A DNA stretch of 64,000 nt, taken from positions 83,886,001 to 83,950,000 of the forward strand of contig NC_073378.1 of the NCBI RefSeq assembly GCF_028641065.1, written 5' to 3'. The position numbers and the translations under genes are program-made. Under the pieces are notes generated by a model, which worked only from the letters and a program-made list of their open reading frames with translations, did no database searches and was not told the DNA's origin. Below are positions 1 through 12,800 of the stretch, piece after piece. How positions within the stretch are numbered: the stretch's first letter is position 1; the number at the start of each line of letters is the position of its first letter. This DNA comes from Leucoraja erinacea (lineage: Eukaryota).

Positions 1-2389
1 ACGCTATTTAGCTTTAACTATATTGTGGGTAACCCGGTATTTTGTTCTGTGATTAAGATTCGGTTTTATTTCATTGAAGCTCTTCAGCATTCATTTAAAA
101 TTGTACGTTTGAATGCGCCTAGAAGAAAATAAACATTGAGTTTAAATAACACTTTTTCGGGTTGTTTCGTTGCGATTTAACCTTTCAAAATTAAACAAAT
201 GAAATTTTACTATATCATTGCACTGAATTGCAGCAATATTTCGGGTCACATCAAAAGGATGACTAATTTACGTTCAACTAATTTGAGGGAAAGTTGAGGC
301 TTCTCCGAAGATTGCGCGCAGATTTTTCGTACAATCTGAATTTATCAAACTCGAGCTTCATAATAAATTGTTGGCCTGATGCAGTCTACCTTAAACATCA
401 GTTGGATGGGCCGGACTTTAGTTGGATCACATTTAAAACGTTGCTACCTGAGCGAAGAAGGTCTCTCATGCATTTTGAGTAGGAAGATAAATTAGACAAC
501 GTGTCCTTTGGGAAACACGGGAAGAGAGGATGCCGGCATCATGGCGTCTCCTTTCTTAGTGCCTGGACATCGTTCAATGGGAAAGAATCCCTTTTATTAC
601 AAATATTGCCTAAAGGGTACAAGTTTTCTTTTTTTTAATTTGTTTCACAATTTGAGAAACATGTGGGCATAATCTTACGTATTATAATGGCCTTTCTAAA
701 ACCACATTTATATCTGTATATACTGCACGCAAATATATTTGGAGACATAGATCTTGGCTATGGATTCATTAATGAACGTCTGTTGTATTAGACTTAAAAT
801 CTTTTAAAAATTAATAAACCACATGAGGGGATTTTTAATGCAATTATCAGACTAGAATTGTAACGTATCGGGATACTTTTATTCTTTCCAGCTACTTTGA
901 TTGACGCGGGAAACGTGCAATAGGAAGAAAATGCTACCAGAATTCACATTAATTGCTGTAAATATTGAATTTCTCAATATTATTTTCGTGGCATTTTTCA
1001 GTTTACACGCAAATACTTCTTGATAAAATAGTAAGTGATAAGTTCAATGGAATTAAAAGGATATTTTGAAATGAATAGGGCACACCACAACAACATTGTT
1101 TTAAAAAGGGTTCGTTCCCATTTATTCGTCTATTGAACGTTAGGCGTTTATAGACCTCAACCTGAATGCGTGACTGATGTCACTTCATTATTTAGAATCG
1201 GCTTACATATGGATTTTATATAATTATCAGCTGGAATTTTAAATCTTTTCAAGTAATGCTTCTAAATCACGTATTAATTTAAACCACATGAGTCAAATAT
1301 TTTTGAATCCTGACTTTTTTTTCTTTTTCTCTCCTCTCAGCATGTGGATTATGTACTGGAGAAGGAACGAGGCGATAATGGCAGTACAACCCGGCTGGTG
1401 ATCTTTTGAGTGTGCATTGTAATATCTGAACCTTTTAAGATGTGCTATGTACATGTCTTGATCAAACAATCTATTATTAATAATTAAAGAAAATTAATCC
1501 AATATGCATCCTTGTCGAGCTTTATTTTCCTGCATGGAGAAAGAAAATGAGTCCTTCTGTTTTGGGGCTTCAATAAATGCAGCATTGGAGACAGATGCAA
1601 GCCACATGAAAATGGATGATGTTACAGTGTGGGGGTTGAAGCACTTGGCTGTAGCTACACAACACAAAGGAATCCTGACTGCAGGGCTGTGTGTTTTGCT
1701 GTCTACTGCTGAACTAGCTTACATTTACACACACATTTCAAATGGGAAGTAGTGTACAATGTTTTGCAGAGTTAACATTCCAAGCAACGCCATATTGCTG
1801 ACAAAAAAAATTTATTCTTCAGAACTTGCTGTTCAACGGATATCTCATTTGCAGCATGGAATGCATATCTAAAACAAAATTGTGGCAATTCTGTGTTTCA
1901 TTTTAAGAATACTACAGTTACAGTCTAAATGTTGTTGTCTTGGCATCATTCCCACAATTGACCAAATTGCATTTCTTTATTACATTATGAACAGAAAACT
2001 ACTTTTCTGTGTATCTTACAGGAATGAAAAAAAAAACATATATATTTACCATGACTTAAAACACAAGGCTGAACATAACCAAGTAAATAGTTAATGTACA
2101 GATCTCTTTATAAATATATGTCAATGGGGATAAATAATATTTTAAACACTTAGATTATTCTCCTTTGAAAGAGCAAATAAATAAATTTGAATGTTCACCA
2201 GCATACACACATACTGAAAGATGGACAAGAAGTCTTATTTGCCCAGGGAGCCCCTGTACAAATGTATCGATCTTGTTTAACCATCCATTGTAAGGAAGTG
2301 CAATATAAACCATTTACTGTTCCTCGTAAGGAAAAATAAAGCACGAACAAATTCACGTTCAGGTATTATTTTTAGAAAATTTGTTCATA

Positions 2390-2397
2390 TACCCTGT
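2390..2397 (-). promoter_or_regulatory. 8-mer miR-10 target site in the HoxA3 3' UTR
   Basis: Plus-strand TACCCTGT (mRNA ACAGGGUA), about 280 nt after the stop and before AATAAA at 1811-1816. Confidence 0.65.
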
Positions 2398-2677
2398 TCC
2401 ATAAGAGTAGAAGATATATACGCAAAGTTCTGGAAGCCTTAGTACTTCACTTCTACTACTGAATGCTAAGGCTGGAGTCCATGAAAAGAACAACCACTAA
2501 CCAGAGACAGAGCAATACAAGCAAGGATTGGTTGTCCATAGAAACACCATTACATGGAAATTATAAAGAGTGGTACTAAATCAAAAAGGAGATAGGAGTG
2601 GAAGAAGGAATGTAATTATAGCTAAGATTACATAAATGCATAAGAAAGTGATAGTACACCAGCAACCAACTGGTCCA

Positions 2678-3450
2678 TTACAGATGGGTCAGTTTGGGTG
2701 CTTCCTGAATTCTTCCCTGAGACGGATGGTGCGAAGAAAGGTCTGTGTATGTAGGGTGTGGGTCACAAGGTCCATGATGATGGTTGCTGGTCATTGGCCC
2801 CGCACTATTATAGTCCATATTCCCAGAAGGAGGGTGGCCAAGATGGGTTAGGCTGAAAAGAGAAGGCCCAGAGCTTGGCATGGTTTCTACAAAGTTCCCT
2901 CCAACATACACTGGGCTACCCTGTAAATGAGGCGTCCCATAGCCGCCATTGCCTTGAAGTGGGTGTGTGTCATATTCAGGCGTCACAGCTGTTGTCCCAG
3001 CATATCTCTTCTGTAGAGGCGGGCAATTGTTGAGAGGCCCAGGATAAGATGTAGGAATGACATATGCATTTTGATGAGGTTTGCCAAATGAAGTAGGTGA
3101 GTGAGGATCATATGGAGCACTGGTTGCCAAGGGATGCATCGAGTTTGCATATCCTCCTGCAGCTGAAGGTGGGATGGGACTTCTGCATGGTGACTGTCCG
3201 CCAGAGGAAGTGAGCATGCCTTTTGCTTTCTGATCCTTCTTGTATTTCATTCTCCGATTCTGGAACCAGATTTTGATTTGTCTTTCAGTAAGGTTTAACA
3301 AATTGGCCATTTCAACCCTCCGGGGCCTACAAAGGTAGCGGTTAAAGTGAAACTCCTTCTCCAGTTCCACTAGCTGGGCACTGGTGTATGCTGTGCGTGC
3401 CCTTTTGGAAGCAGGGCCAGGTGGGCTTTTCTCACCAGCAGAACTTTCAA
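2678..3450 (-). CDS. hoxa3: HoxA3 coding exon 2 (homeodomain and C-terminal domain); spliced protein 411 aa
   Basis: Acceptor TTATTTGCAG| at 3451/3450. PG3 homeodomain [58 protein letters not shown] and C-terminus [13 protein letters not shown]. Joins in frame with exon 1. Confidence 0.97.
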
Positions 3451-4850
3451 CTGCAAATAAAGAAAAACAATCATTGAGTTTATCTATAAAGGTTAGAAAT
3501 ATGTGCATTAATGTTCTAACATATGTAAAGTTACAATAATTCATGAGACAATCTGTAAATAGACAATAGACTTACTAAAAAGGACAATGCATGTTATTAA
3601 TGTAGTTACAGAATATATACATAGCTAATCACAACATTTGGTTATGCTTAGAAATAAAAACTAATTTCTAATGCTTAATGTATTCTACATAAAACACTAA
3701 CAAACCAAATAGAATTCCCCCTCATCCCATATGAGAAAGGTGCTTGTTTACGTCACCATAGTCCCTAACATGGCATGTTACTTCAAGCTATTGAGTAGTT
3801 ACTTAAAAATAACACTTCCCACTTGGTTACATACAATTTGCAGTGGTCCAAGAAGGTGGTTCACCACACATAATCAAAGGCAATTATGGATGGGGAAAAG
3901 ATTCTGTCTACAGCAATGTACAGTTATAATAAATGAACACAAATATATTAAATGTGGATAATGCTAGGTTATATCCACTGATTATAATTTGGAATTATGG
4001 CACAGAAAATTTATCAAAGCTCCTTACTAACATATTTTTCAGTTTGTGAATATAAATAGAGGTTTGCATAATAGTGGCTGGCAACCGCAGATGCAATTCA
4101 GATTTCCAAACATTTCTAATTTATTTAAATTTATAATAGCATCACTGCTGTCCACAAATCCTGGTACTTCTCATATACATATTTATACATTGGAAATATA
4201 TGTGTGTATATTAAAAATGTTTGCATTTTGCAACTGACAACTGAAGTCCAATCACATATACACTGGGCAATAAAACTTGAAATTACATGAAGAATATGTT
4301 ATTCACTGCCCAATCCAGGGCACTGACAGTATACTTAATTAACCATTGGGACATTACGGAAGATTTACAAGCATATTTCAGATCAGTGCGATCATATTCA
4401 TAAACAACAAACATTCTTAAAATAAACCTGGTATAATTTAGGCTCAATATTTTTAAGTATTGAACACATGTATATGCATGTCTGTATGTGTGAAAGATAT
4501 ATAAGAGCAGTGGGATAGAAGAATAGGAGAAACAAGAGAGAGGGGGGTTGAACAGCAGTAAAGAGAAGGTAGGATGAAGTTTCTCAACTGATATCTAAAG
4601 CATATATTTAAATTTACTTAAACTACATTTAGAACATTTGGGCGTTTATGTTTATAGGCTATTTGTCAAATCGTTGTGCAAAAATTACCCCCCCCATTTT
4701 AACATATGAGTTCCACAACTATTACAATTATTCCATGTTTGTCCATATACTGTATGATAGAGAGAATGGGAATCACTTCATTAGCATCTAACTCATTGGC
4801 ACATTGGCATGACAATTAATGCTCAAAGGATAAGATAGGATACAATATAC

Positions 4851-5313
4851 CTGAACTAGAGCTGCTGGTCTTTTGCTTGGTGTTTTGGCGTGATTCTTTC
4901 ATCCAAGGGAATATTTGTTTACTAATGGTGGTTTGTGAGGTAAGTGTGGGATTTTTGCTTGTGCTGGATTGAGTCGAGTTGTTGCTGGTATTTTGGGGTG
5001 GAGATACAGAAGGTGGGGGTGGGGGCGGGGGTGGTGGAGGTGGTGGTGGCTTCTGTTGCTCGGCAATAACTGGGAGATGGCTCGTTTGGTTGGCACTGGT
5101 TCGCATGCAACTCTCGTTAATATCATTGGGTTTGTGATGAGGGACAGTGCTAGCAGGTGACTGCAGAGAGCAGGCAGGCCGGTGATAGTCGTTTTCCACA
5201 TGGGATGAAGGCGGATATTGCTGCTGATTGGCATTGTAGTTAAAACCATTTGCTCCTTGGTATGTGTAACCACCGAAAATTGCAGAGCTGTCGTAGTATG
5301 TTGCTTTTTGCAT
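4851..5313 (-). CDS. hoxa3: HoxA3 coding exon 1
   Basis: ATG at 5313 gives [16 protein letters not shown] (Hox3 N-terminus), a 13-Pro tract and the hexapeptide [10 protein letters not shown]. Donor CAG|GTATAT at 4851/4850. 463 nt, phase 1. Confidence 0.96.
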
Positions 5314-5388
5314 CTCGTTGTTTCCCAATATTTATTTCACAAACTGACAGGGTCTTGTCACCCTTATAGAATAACATTGGCACCCGGT

Positions 5389-5410
5389 GTCACGTGACTC
5401 TTCCTCCAAT
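5389..5410 (-). promoter_or_regulatory. HoxA3 proximal E-box (GTCACGTGAC) plus CCAAT module
   Basis: Palindromic GTCACGTGAC at 5389-5398 and CCAAT at 5406-5410, about 80-95 nt upstream of the ATG. Confidence 0.7.
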
Positions 5411-8400
5411 GGCCTCTTCGGATAGACCTAGTGTTAGAAGAAACAAAACCATAATGGTGAAATAGTACAAATCCATCTTACTCTCAATAGCAGCTGACAT
5501 CAAAAGCCATAAAGGAAAAAGTGTGCAGCAATATATGGTAACACATCTTAGCCCTAGGCATTCTGAGTATAACAGCGTTTTAAACTGCAGCAAAGACTCA
5601 ATGTGGATGAGAACCAAGGATTTAGTTTCTACAGATTCTGACTTCTTGTTTTATTTTCTCTGATTATGGAAACACAATACAACACACGATTTTGTGTGAA
5701 ACATGGATTTCGGTAGGTTGAACTGGAAGCACCCTTTGTCTTGAGTTTTTAAAAAGAATCACTGCATCTCAATAAAACTTTTTTTTTAAGCTGCTGGTTA
5801 TTGAGCTTTATGGCTTTGTCATGATTTTTATAAAAATTCTGTATATCTGTTTAAACTGGTCGGTTTTACATGTGTCATTCATTAATTAAGCAAATACAAT
5901 GAGAAGTTCACACAGATGAAATATCATCACTTGCAATATTTGTTTTTTTTATGAGAACGAGCCAAAGCGGAAAAGCACAAACTCCTCAGCAATGAAATGT
6001 ACAAAAAAGTAAACTAGATTTTGCAAAGTTTCTATATATTTATTTTAGAATTAAATTGATAATCAAGTTAATTGCCGACAACGTGCGCGAATATAGTATT
6101 CAGAACGCCATTGAAAACTATTGACAGACTTCGTCGCAGAGTGTAGTTTAGTGTTGGCCAGATTTGAACATACCTATCACATGGAAATTAATCGTATTTT
6201 TTGCAGCTCTGGAGAGTAAACGCTGTTTTTGACATTCTAATGCCCAAAGCTTTGGACAAGAATTTTAGTATGTGCCCCGCATCGAGTGCATTGTTTTCTA
6301 AATAATTTAACTCGTGTTTGTTTTGACTCCTCGAACTTCCCCAGACTGGCTAGTAGAAATGCCTTGCTTTTTGTTGGTTCCACTTTTAACGGGTCACCAT
6401 TTGGTCGGGCGGAAATTTTCAAGCCTTCCTTTTACTGTTTGAATTCTACCTGCTAAACGCATGATGGATCGGAAAGCGCCAGGAACCTGAAAAACTGGCG
6501 TTCTTCGTCATGACCACGGTGTGAACTTTTCTTCCAACCAAACGATAATAGGCTCTGTCTCTGAAACTGCTCGTAATTTGATGTATGGGGGTCACTAGGC
6601 CGGGGGAAGAGTTGGAAACCCAGCCTACAGAAAGCGCCTGCATCACGAGGAAGCTGCAGTAAACAATCCACTTCAAACCTCAGTTAATTATTATTCCCCA
6701 CAAAATGCAGCAATCCCCTTAGTTAAATAATAATTATAATCTGTCGCGTGGAATGTTGAAAGTGTACAATTATTTTCGCAGTGGATGCACAAAGTTTGCC
6801 ATGACCTCGAGATAACCATTTAATGTGGAAATAATATTCGGATAATGAGCACCAGTGCGGTCTTTCGGTAGTTAGGGTATCAAAGGATTCCTGTTTACGT
6901 TTGAGTATTATTTTCAGCAAGAAGTTAGCCTAACCCAGCAACCTCCATTGTTTTCCAGAGCTTTCTTTGCACCAACCACTCTCATACAAAGCGGATCTAT
7001 ATGAAATGCAAACAACTGCAGATGATGAAAATCTGAAATAAAAACAGTAAATGATAGAGATATCCAGCAGGCCAAGCTGAGACCACTATGAAATTACTCA
7101 GACTCCTAGTAAAGCGAGATGCACCGTACAGTTTCAAAGCGTTCATTTCAAATTGTTTTCTCTGTGCTTTGCATAAAGTAATTGGTGGGCAAAATACTAA
7201 TGAACTGCATGCCCATGTTATATTCTTGCACATCCCATATGGCCATACAACACATTTAGCAGCATTCCAGTGAATATGACTTGACCATGGTCTTCAAGGC
7301 CGCTGTTATTCTGTACATCTACAAATGAAAACGAAACTGCTGATGTCAGCATGCGAGGACACAATTGCTCTAAGTGCAGGTTTTAAATGACACCTTTGTG
7401 TGTGTTTCTGAAAATGGACGCTTTAAGCACCAAATTTAGTTTTTCAAAGATATGTTTAACCTTCTGTCTTCCGAACGAATTCTCTGCCAATGATTTCAGC
7501 AGCGTTTAATTACAACAAAACACTTGGAATATTGAAATCATAACAGGAGCATTACGGCGCTGCAGGCTCACGCCAGTTGAGCCTAAACTCCAGGCCGTGG
7601 CATATATGTGCTTTAGGACCTAGTTATCACCAAAAGTATTGTATTATTGGGTATTAATTTAAGACGTTGCCACTAATTTACATTAATAACAGCTTATTCT
7701 GTGTTATCAAAACGTATTCATAAGCATGCAGTAATAAACTAGCTAGGAAATGCTGTGATTTATTAATTCCTTCATAAAATCGTTGCTCAAAAAACAAAAA
7801 AAAAGATATTTTGGTATCTTGGCCCACGTCCGCCATTTTTCTTGAACACAACTTTACTCACCTGGATAAACGCTGTAGATTTAATTCTACCTGATTATAC
7901 TCAATAACACTCCAATATTTTGCAAAACTATTATTCTTCCATTTCACATTTTTAAAGCATCAACCTTAATCTGGATTGTTATTCATTCTCGTTTTGTTTA
8001 TATGTTTGAGTGTAGCGACAGTTTGTATCAGGGAACCGACATTTGCACAGTTATTGCTGCATATTTACGTACGCGCATGTATATTCCAACATTCTGTGTG
8101 TGTCTTCAGTTTAAACCAGCATCTACAGTTCCTTCTTATACAAATTGCCATTTGTCTATTGTCTATTGAAGTAACACACAGTATGTTCTCCGCAAACATT
8201 CCACCAAGTTGGAAATCTGTTCAATTGTTAAATTACTAGAGTCCGTGGCTAATTAAAGATAGAAATAACATCAAGCTAGACAAATTGTCATGAAAAATGC
8301 CACCATAAAAACTTTGGTCGTTCTATATATCCCTAAGGTTAGAAGGGTAGAAAAAAGTGGGAAGAAAAGCACTGGAACTAAGATTCTATCAAGAACAACA

Positions 8401-8599
8401 GCATGAGTGTCTTGGTAAATGTGTGGTTGTATGCCTTAGGCGGCGTTGCATGCAATAATAAATTCATAAAACTTCGAAAATGCGAGGGAAATAGCTCAAA
8501 GAAACGGATCAAGGACGAAGGAGAAGCAGAACATTGAAATAAAAGACGAATTGGGAGCCTACGGGTATCAGTCACGATATGAAAGGAAACTATAGCATG

Positions 8600-8616
8600 T
8601 GAACTTTTCTTGAACC
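8600..8616 (-). promoter_or_regulatory. DR5 retinoic acid response element upstream of HoxA3
   Basis: Minus strand reads GGTTCA-agaaa-AGTTCA, a consensus DR5. Position fits the known PG3-associated RARE. Confidence 0.85.
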
Positions 8617-9624
8617 GAGATTTAAGTCATATGGTCATAAATCACTGGGACATAAACTCCGCCATTCACGAGTGATAGCCTATTTGTGTCCAGCTTACCT
8701 TAGTCTCTGACGATAGACGCAGACCACGGCACAATATTTTCAGATTCACCGGGGAAATCGATAAGCAGGAGTTTCAAAACTTCGGAATTAATTGGAATGG
8801 AGGCAAACAATTACTTTATGCGCTAAAATTCACTCGTTGGCGACAACGACAAATGGGGAAAGGAAAATGGTAGAGCTGCAAAAAAAAAATAACTGGAGAG
8901 AAGACTCTAGCTTTTGGATGGTCACTCTTGTGATTATGGTGGCGCGCCCTGGTCAGGGAGATAGACTACTATCAGCTTCCGTGGCTGCTCTTATCTAATA
9001 CCAAAGAAATGGGGTATGTTTCTTATGAATATTGAATGCTAAAAGCGCGGATTTTAAGTTTGCTGTCTGGCAGTACTGAACAGACAGGCTGGGTAAACTC
9101 CCCCGAAACATAGCGTCACAAGTGAAAAATTATGCAAATTAACCAACACGGAGAACACAAGCGCCTGGGTTTGGCAATCATTGAATCTAGGCAATCAAAC
9201 TTGAAACCAGTTTTCCCCATGTAAATCAACACACTTTTTAATAATTACTCAAATCATAACAGAGCTTTGCATTCTTTATATGGGCACTTAACCCTCCGCA
9301 TTAAAAGTACTGGCTTAACTTTTATTAACTCTTTGTTGCGAAGGAAGGCCTTTGTTTGAAGTACAGCATGAGAATAGTTAGGGGGAAATACGGCGCAAGG
9401 GTGAAAGTGCAGCCGCTTTCAAACAGGTTCGGTTGGTTCGGAAGCAAATTCATTTTTTTTAGTATCCCAGAAACTAAAGGTATTAAAAATGCTAAAGTTA
9501 AAGTCTTTCAGCTGTAGGAGTGAAAAGTTACACTCCGGAAGAAAACAAAACGAAGGGGAGAAGGCGAGCAATGAAAGAGTATATGAGCTATAGTCACCCC
9601 TTATGCATACCAATGCTTCTGTCG

Positions 9625-9880
9625 TTTATGGCTACGTAAGATTTATGACTTCATGCACTAAGGCTGTAAACAGAGCACTAAAGAGAAAACACTTGCCCCT
9701 ATCGCTTATTGCGAAGCAACTACATGAAAGGGGAAGCCAAGCAGCGTAGGAGGGAAGATAGGGCCAAAAATTCACTCGTTTGCAACTTTACAAGTAAGCC
9801 GCTCGATGTTTTTTTTCTGTAGTGAAGTACTTTATTGTCAATGATCAGCCTTTCCTTCCACTTATCTTAATGTGCTGACT
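9625..9880. promoter_or_regulatory. Candidate HoxA3 hindbrain (r5/r6) auto-regulatory enhancer
   Basis: TTTATGG at 9625, Hox/Pbx-type AGATTTATGA at 9639-9648, TGATCATTGAC on the minus strand at 9837-9847 overlapping TGACAA, and a Maf half-site TGCTGACT at 9873-9880. Resembles my recollection of the amniote Hoxa3 Hox/PBC sites. Confidence 0.6.
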
Positions 9881-12800
9881 CCAACTTTTCTTTTCTCATG
9901 AGATCTACGATGGTGGGAAATGGTAACGCCAACGGATGCTGGATATTTTCTTAAACTTTCTATCTCTGAGTCTGGCTCCACGAATTTCAATTCAGGATCA
10001 ACTGGATAGAAATTGAAGGCCCCGCTTATGTCAGTGTGCCTTGTGAAACATTGTCGTTGGATGTAGAGAACTAAAATATTGGATAAGAAATGTTTCATCT
10101 CTTTCATTAACGATTTCAGTCAATTGCTACGATTTTAAAAGGGAACGTAAACGGAGAGAGGAGAATGGACGTAACGTTGATTTGAATTGATATAAGCAAT
10201 GGATGTTTTTTTACAACAAAAGAGCAGATATCATCACAACTTCCATTTGAATGTACCTTGCTTGAAATTCTAAGATATAAACGAAAATGTTACATTTTTG
10301 TCGCTGTTCTAACGCTTGGATGATGCTAACTATTATGATGGAGCATCCAGTTTACGACCTATAGTATAGGTTGAATCTAACTTCCCCTATAACTGATATG
10401 TTTCTGGGGTTTATTTTCAGATAATCTAAAGCACACGTGATTTAAATTGTAACTGCCTATTGCGGTTCTTTAATTAGCTCAGTATTTACCAACCGCTTGG
10501 ACAGGAACTAATAAAAATGACACCTTGCAGTGAGAACATTTCAAATTCTTAACGACCATATATAATTTTACATATTGCAAAAGTTTAGAAAACTCACCGA
10601 AAGTTTGTACAGTCTCGGATTTGCTTGTGGAAATGTTATTTAGGACAAAGTCTGCAACGAAATCGAGAAACCATTAATTTCCCCGCGGAAAAAAAAGAAA
10701 GGCGCCGGGGAGCTAAAATCCTCGATTAAGAACATCGACTGATTCTATGTGAATTATTAACGGACAGAAACCAAGCTAAGATCTTGAATCGATTATATGA
10801 AGTTACAATATTCCAATCAATGGGAAAATAGCGTAAAAAATGTCAGTATCTTCGTTGAATATTGAACGTTTTTTTTTAGGTTCACGACTTATCGTAAAGA
10901 ACTGTTGTAGACCTACCGTCCGTTATTGCTAATAACTTATTTTATGTATTTCTGCCTTTCCCAAATTCATCTGCACCAAACTTCCAATTAACCCTGTAAA
11001 ACGCTGTTAAGCTGTAGCATTTAAGCTTTGACCAATTGTTTCAAGATTGGATTGTATGTAAGAAAGGGACTGTAACCGAACTGTAATTAAAACTTTTAAA
11101 CCTTTACGAAAAATAATTGTCCGTGTTTACATTTAATATTGGGGTGAGAGGGTTGAAAAAAAAACGGCACTTGCAACACACGAATGGACAAACAAAATCA
11201 TGCTTTCAGACCTCAGAAAAGGGAGAAAAAATACTACCTGCGGCAATAACTATTGTACGCACATGGTACAATATGTGACATTACTATTTGCAAAGTTAAG
11301 TTAGTCTTCAATATGTCTATTATTTATTAAATAATCACCCAGGATTCAATAGACCCCGAAAACAAACTTTACTCATTGACAATTATACATTTTCCACAAC
11401 AATACACACCTCCCCCTCTTAACCCACACAACCCCCACACCCACCCACCCCACATTTGGCTTAATTTTGTACGATTGGTAGAATTACTATAGGATACTGA
11501 TCTAGCTATCAATAATTGCCAATGTGATTTGTCATATATAAAAAAGAAGTAAAGCATTCGTTAAAGCAGTTTGCATTGGCATGGCTGTCTCAACACACCA
11601 AAAACATAAATCAAATCGCAGCACCCTGACCTTTTCTGATCAGGGCTCACTGGTGGATTTTTTTATAACATTTCACCTCCAGCATAACATAACGAATCTT
11701 TTCCTGCCTTTCCATCGCGCACATATCCCTTAAACAATGGAGGTATTGGTTCAGGTTCCGTCGCCTATTAATTTATTTCGATAATTTCTTCAATATTCTC
11801 ACACAATGACGATCTGCTAGTAAATAATCCTCCGATACAACCTGCTTTACACGTTACCTTAATCTGATATTACCACACTGATGGTGAAGCAAATGTGGCC
11901 AATGTGATTTTAGATCAACCATGGAGAAGCTTGATTATTATTATTTTTTGTTATGAAAACACTGTGCAACGTACACAGAATAGAATATTCAACGTCCTTC
12001 CATTAAGCGACGTGATTCATTATGATTTCAACAATTCATACATAGTGAGGAAAAACCTAGTAACCTAATTTCAAGGACACAACAATTCACAAACTAGCTG
12101 ACAAGGATTTTTTAAAAATGGACGATGAACCTTTCATCAGAGCTTGTTATATAATGAATAAAATATCAGAATAGGTAAATGCAGGTTAGTGGCCATGTGT
12201 TATCATGTTCATTTTATTAATGGCCTTTTCAACCAGATATATTGGCGTCGAAATAAATATGATAAACATACATTGTTTTTGTTTGCTCCTATTCGGACAG
12301 AGAGCGGCCATTGACAGGATTTTAATATTCAATTGTTCATGTTTTAAGGAACAACACATACATGTGATCCGCACACTATTTTACAAAATAACTTGGTTTA
12401 TATTTACCATATGGAGAGCAAAACATTCCTGGAAATGGATTATGCTGCGAAACAAGCAGAAAAGGGGAAACTACTCGTGTTCTGGCACAATCTGACACCC
12501 GTAAGCTTTTCCACTGACCTTTGCCTTGAACAGCAATAACTCACCACATTAATGAACAATCAAAGGAAGCATTTGAAATACCTCAAAATAAAATCCATTC
12601 CGCTAAATGCAGCATCTCTCCCTGCTCGCATATATTCCTTCATGTGAAATCCGGCGTTCAGAGTGCAATCTCTTTAGAAGAAAAAAGCTGGCTCTTAACA
12701 GAAAGTGGAAAAGCGTAATCACAGCCGAAGCCAGCCTGGGTCTCCGATCCAAATGCCACAATAATGCGCTGTATTATGTGCTCACGTGGTCATACGTCAA

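Noticed and set aside
1-1500. HoxA2 r3/r5 Krox20 enhancer
   Set aside because: No convincing Krox20 site cluster seen; probably lies left of the window, nearer HoxA2.
8825-9780. Repeated 14-mer AAAATTCACTCGTT about 940 bp apart, and 13-mer CACCGACCAAGTA at 25854 and 63321
   Set aside because: Matches of this length are expected by chance in 64 kb; no extended homology.
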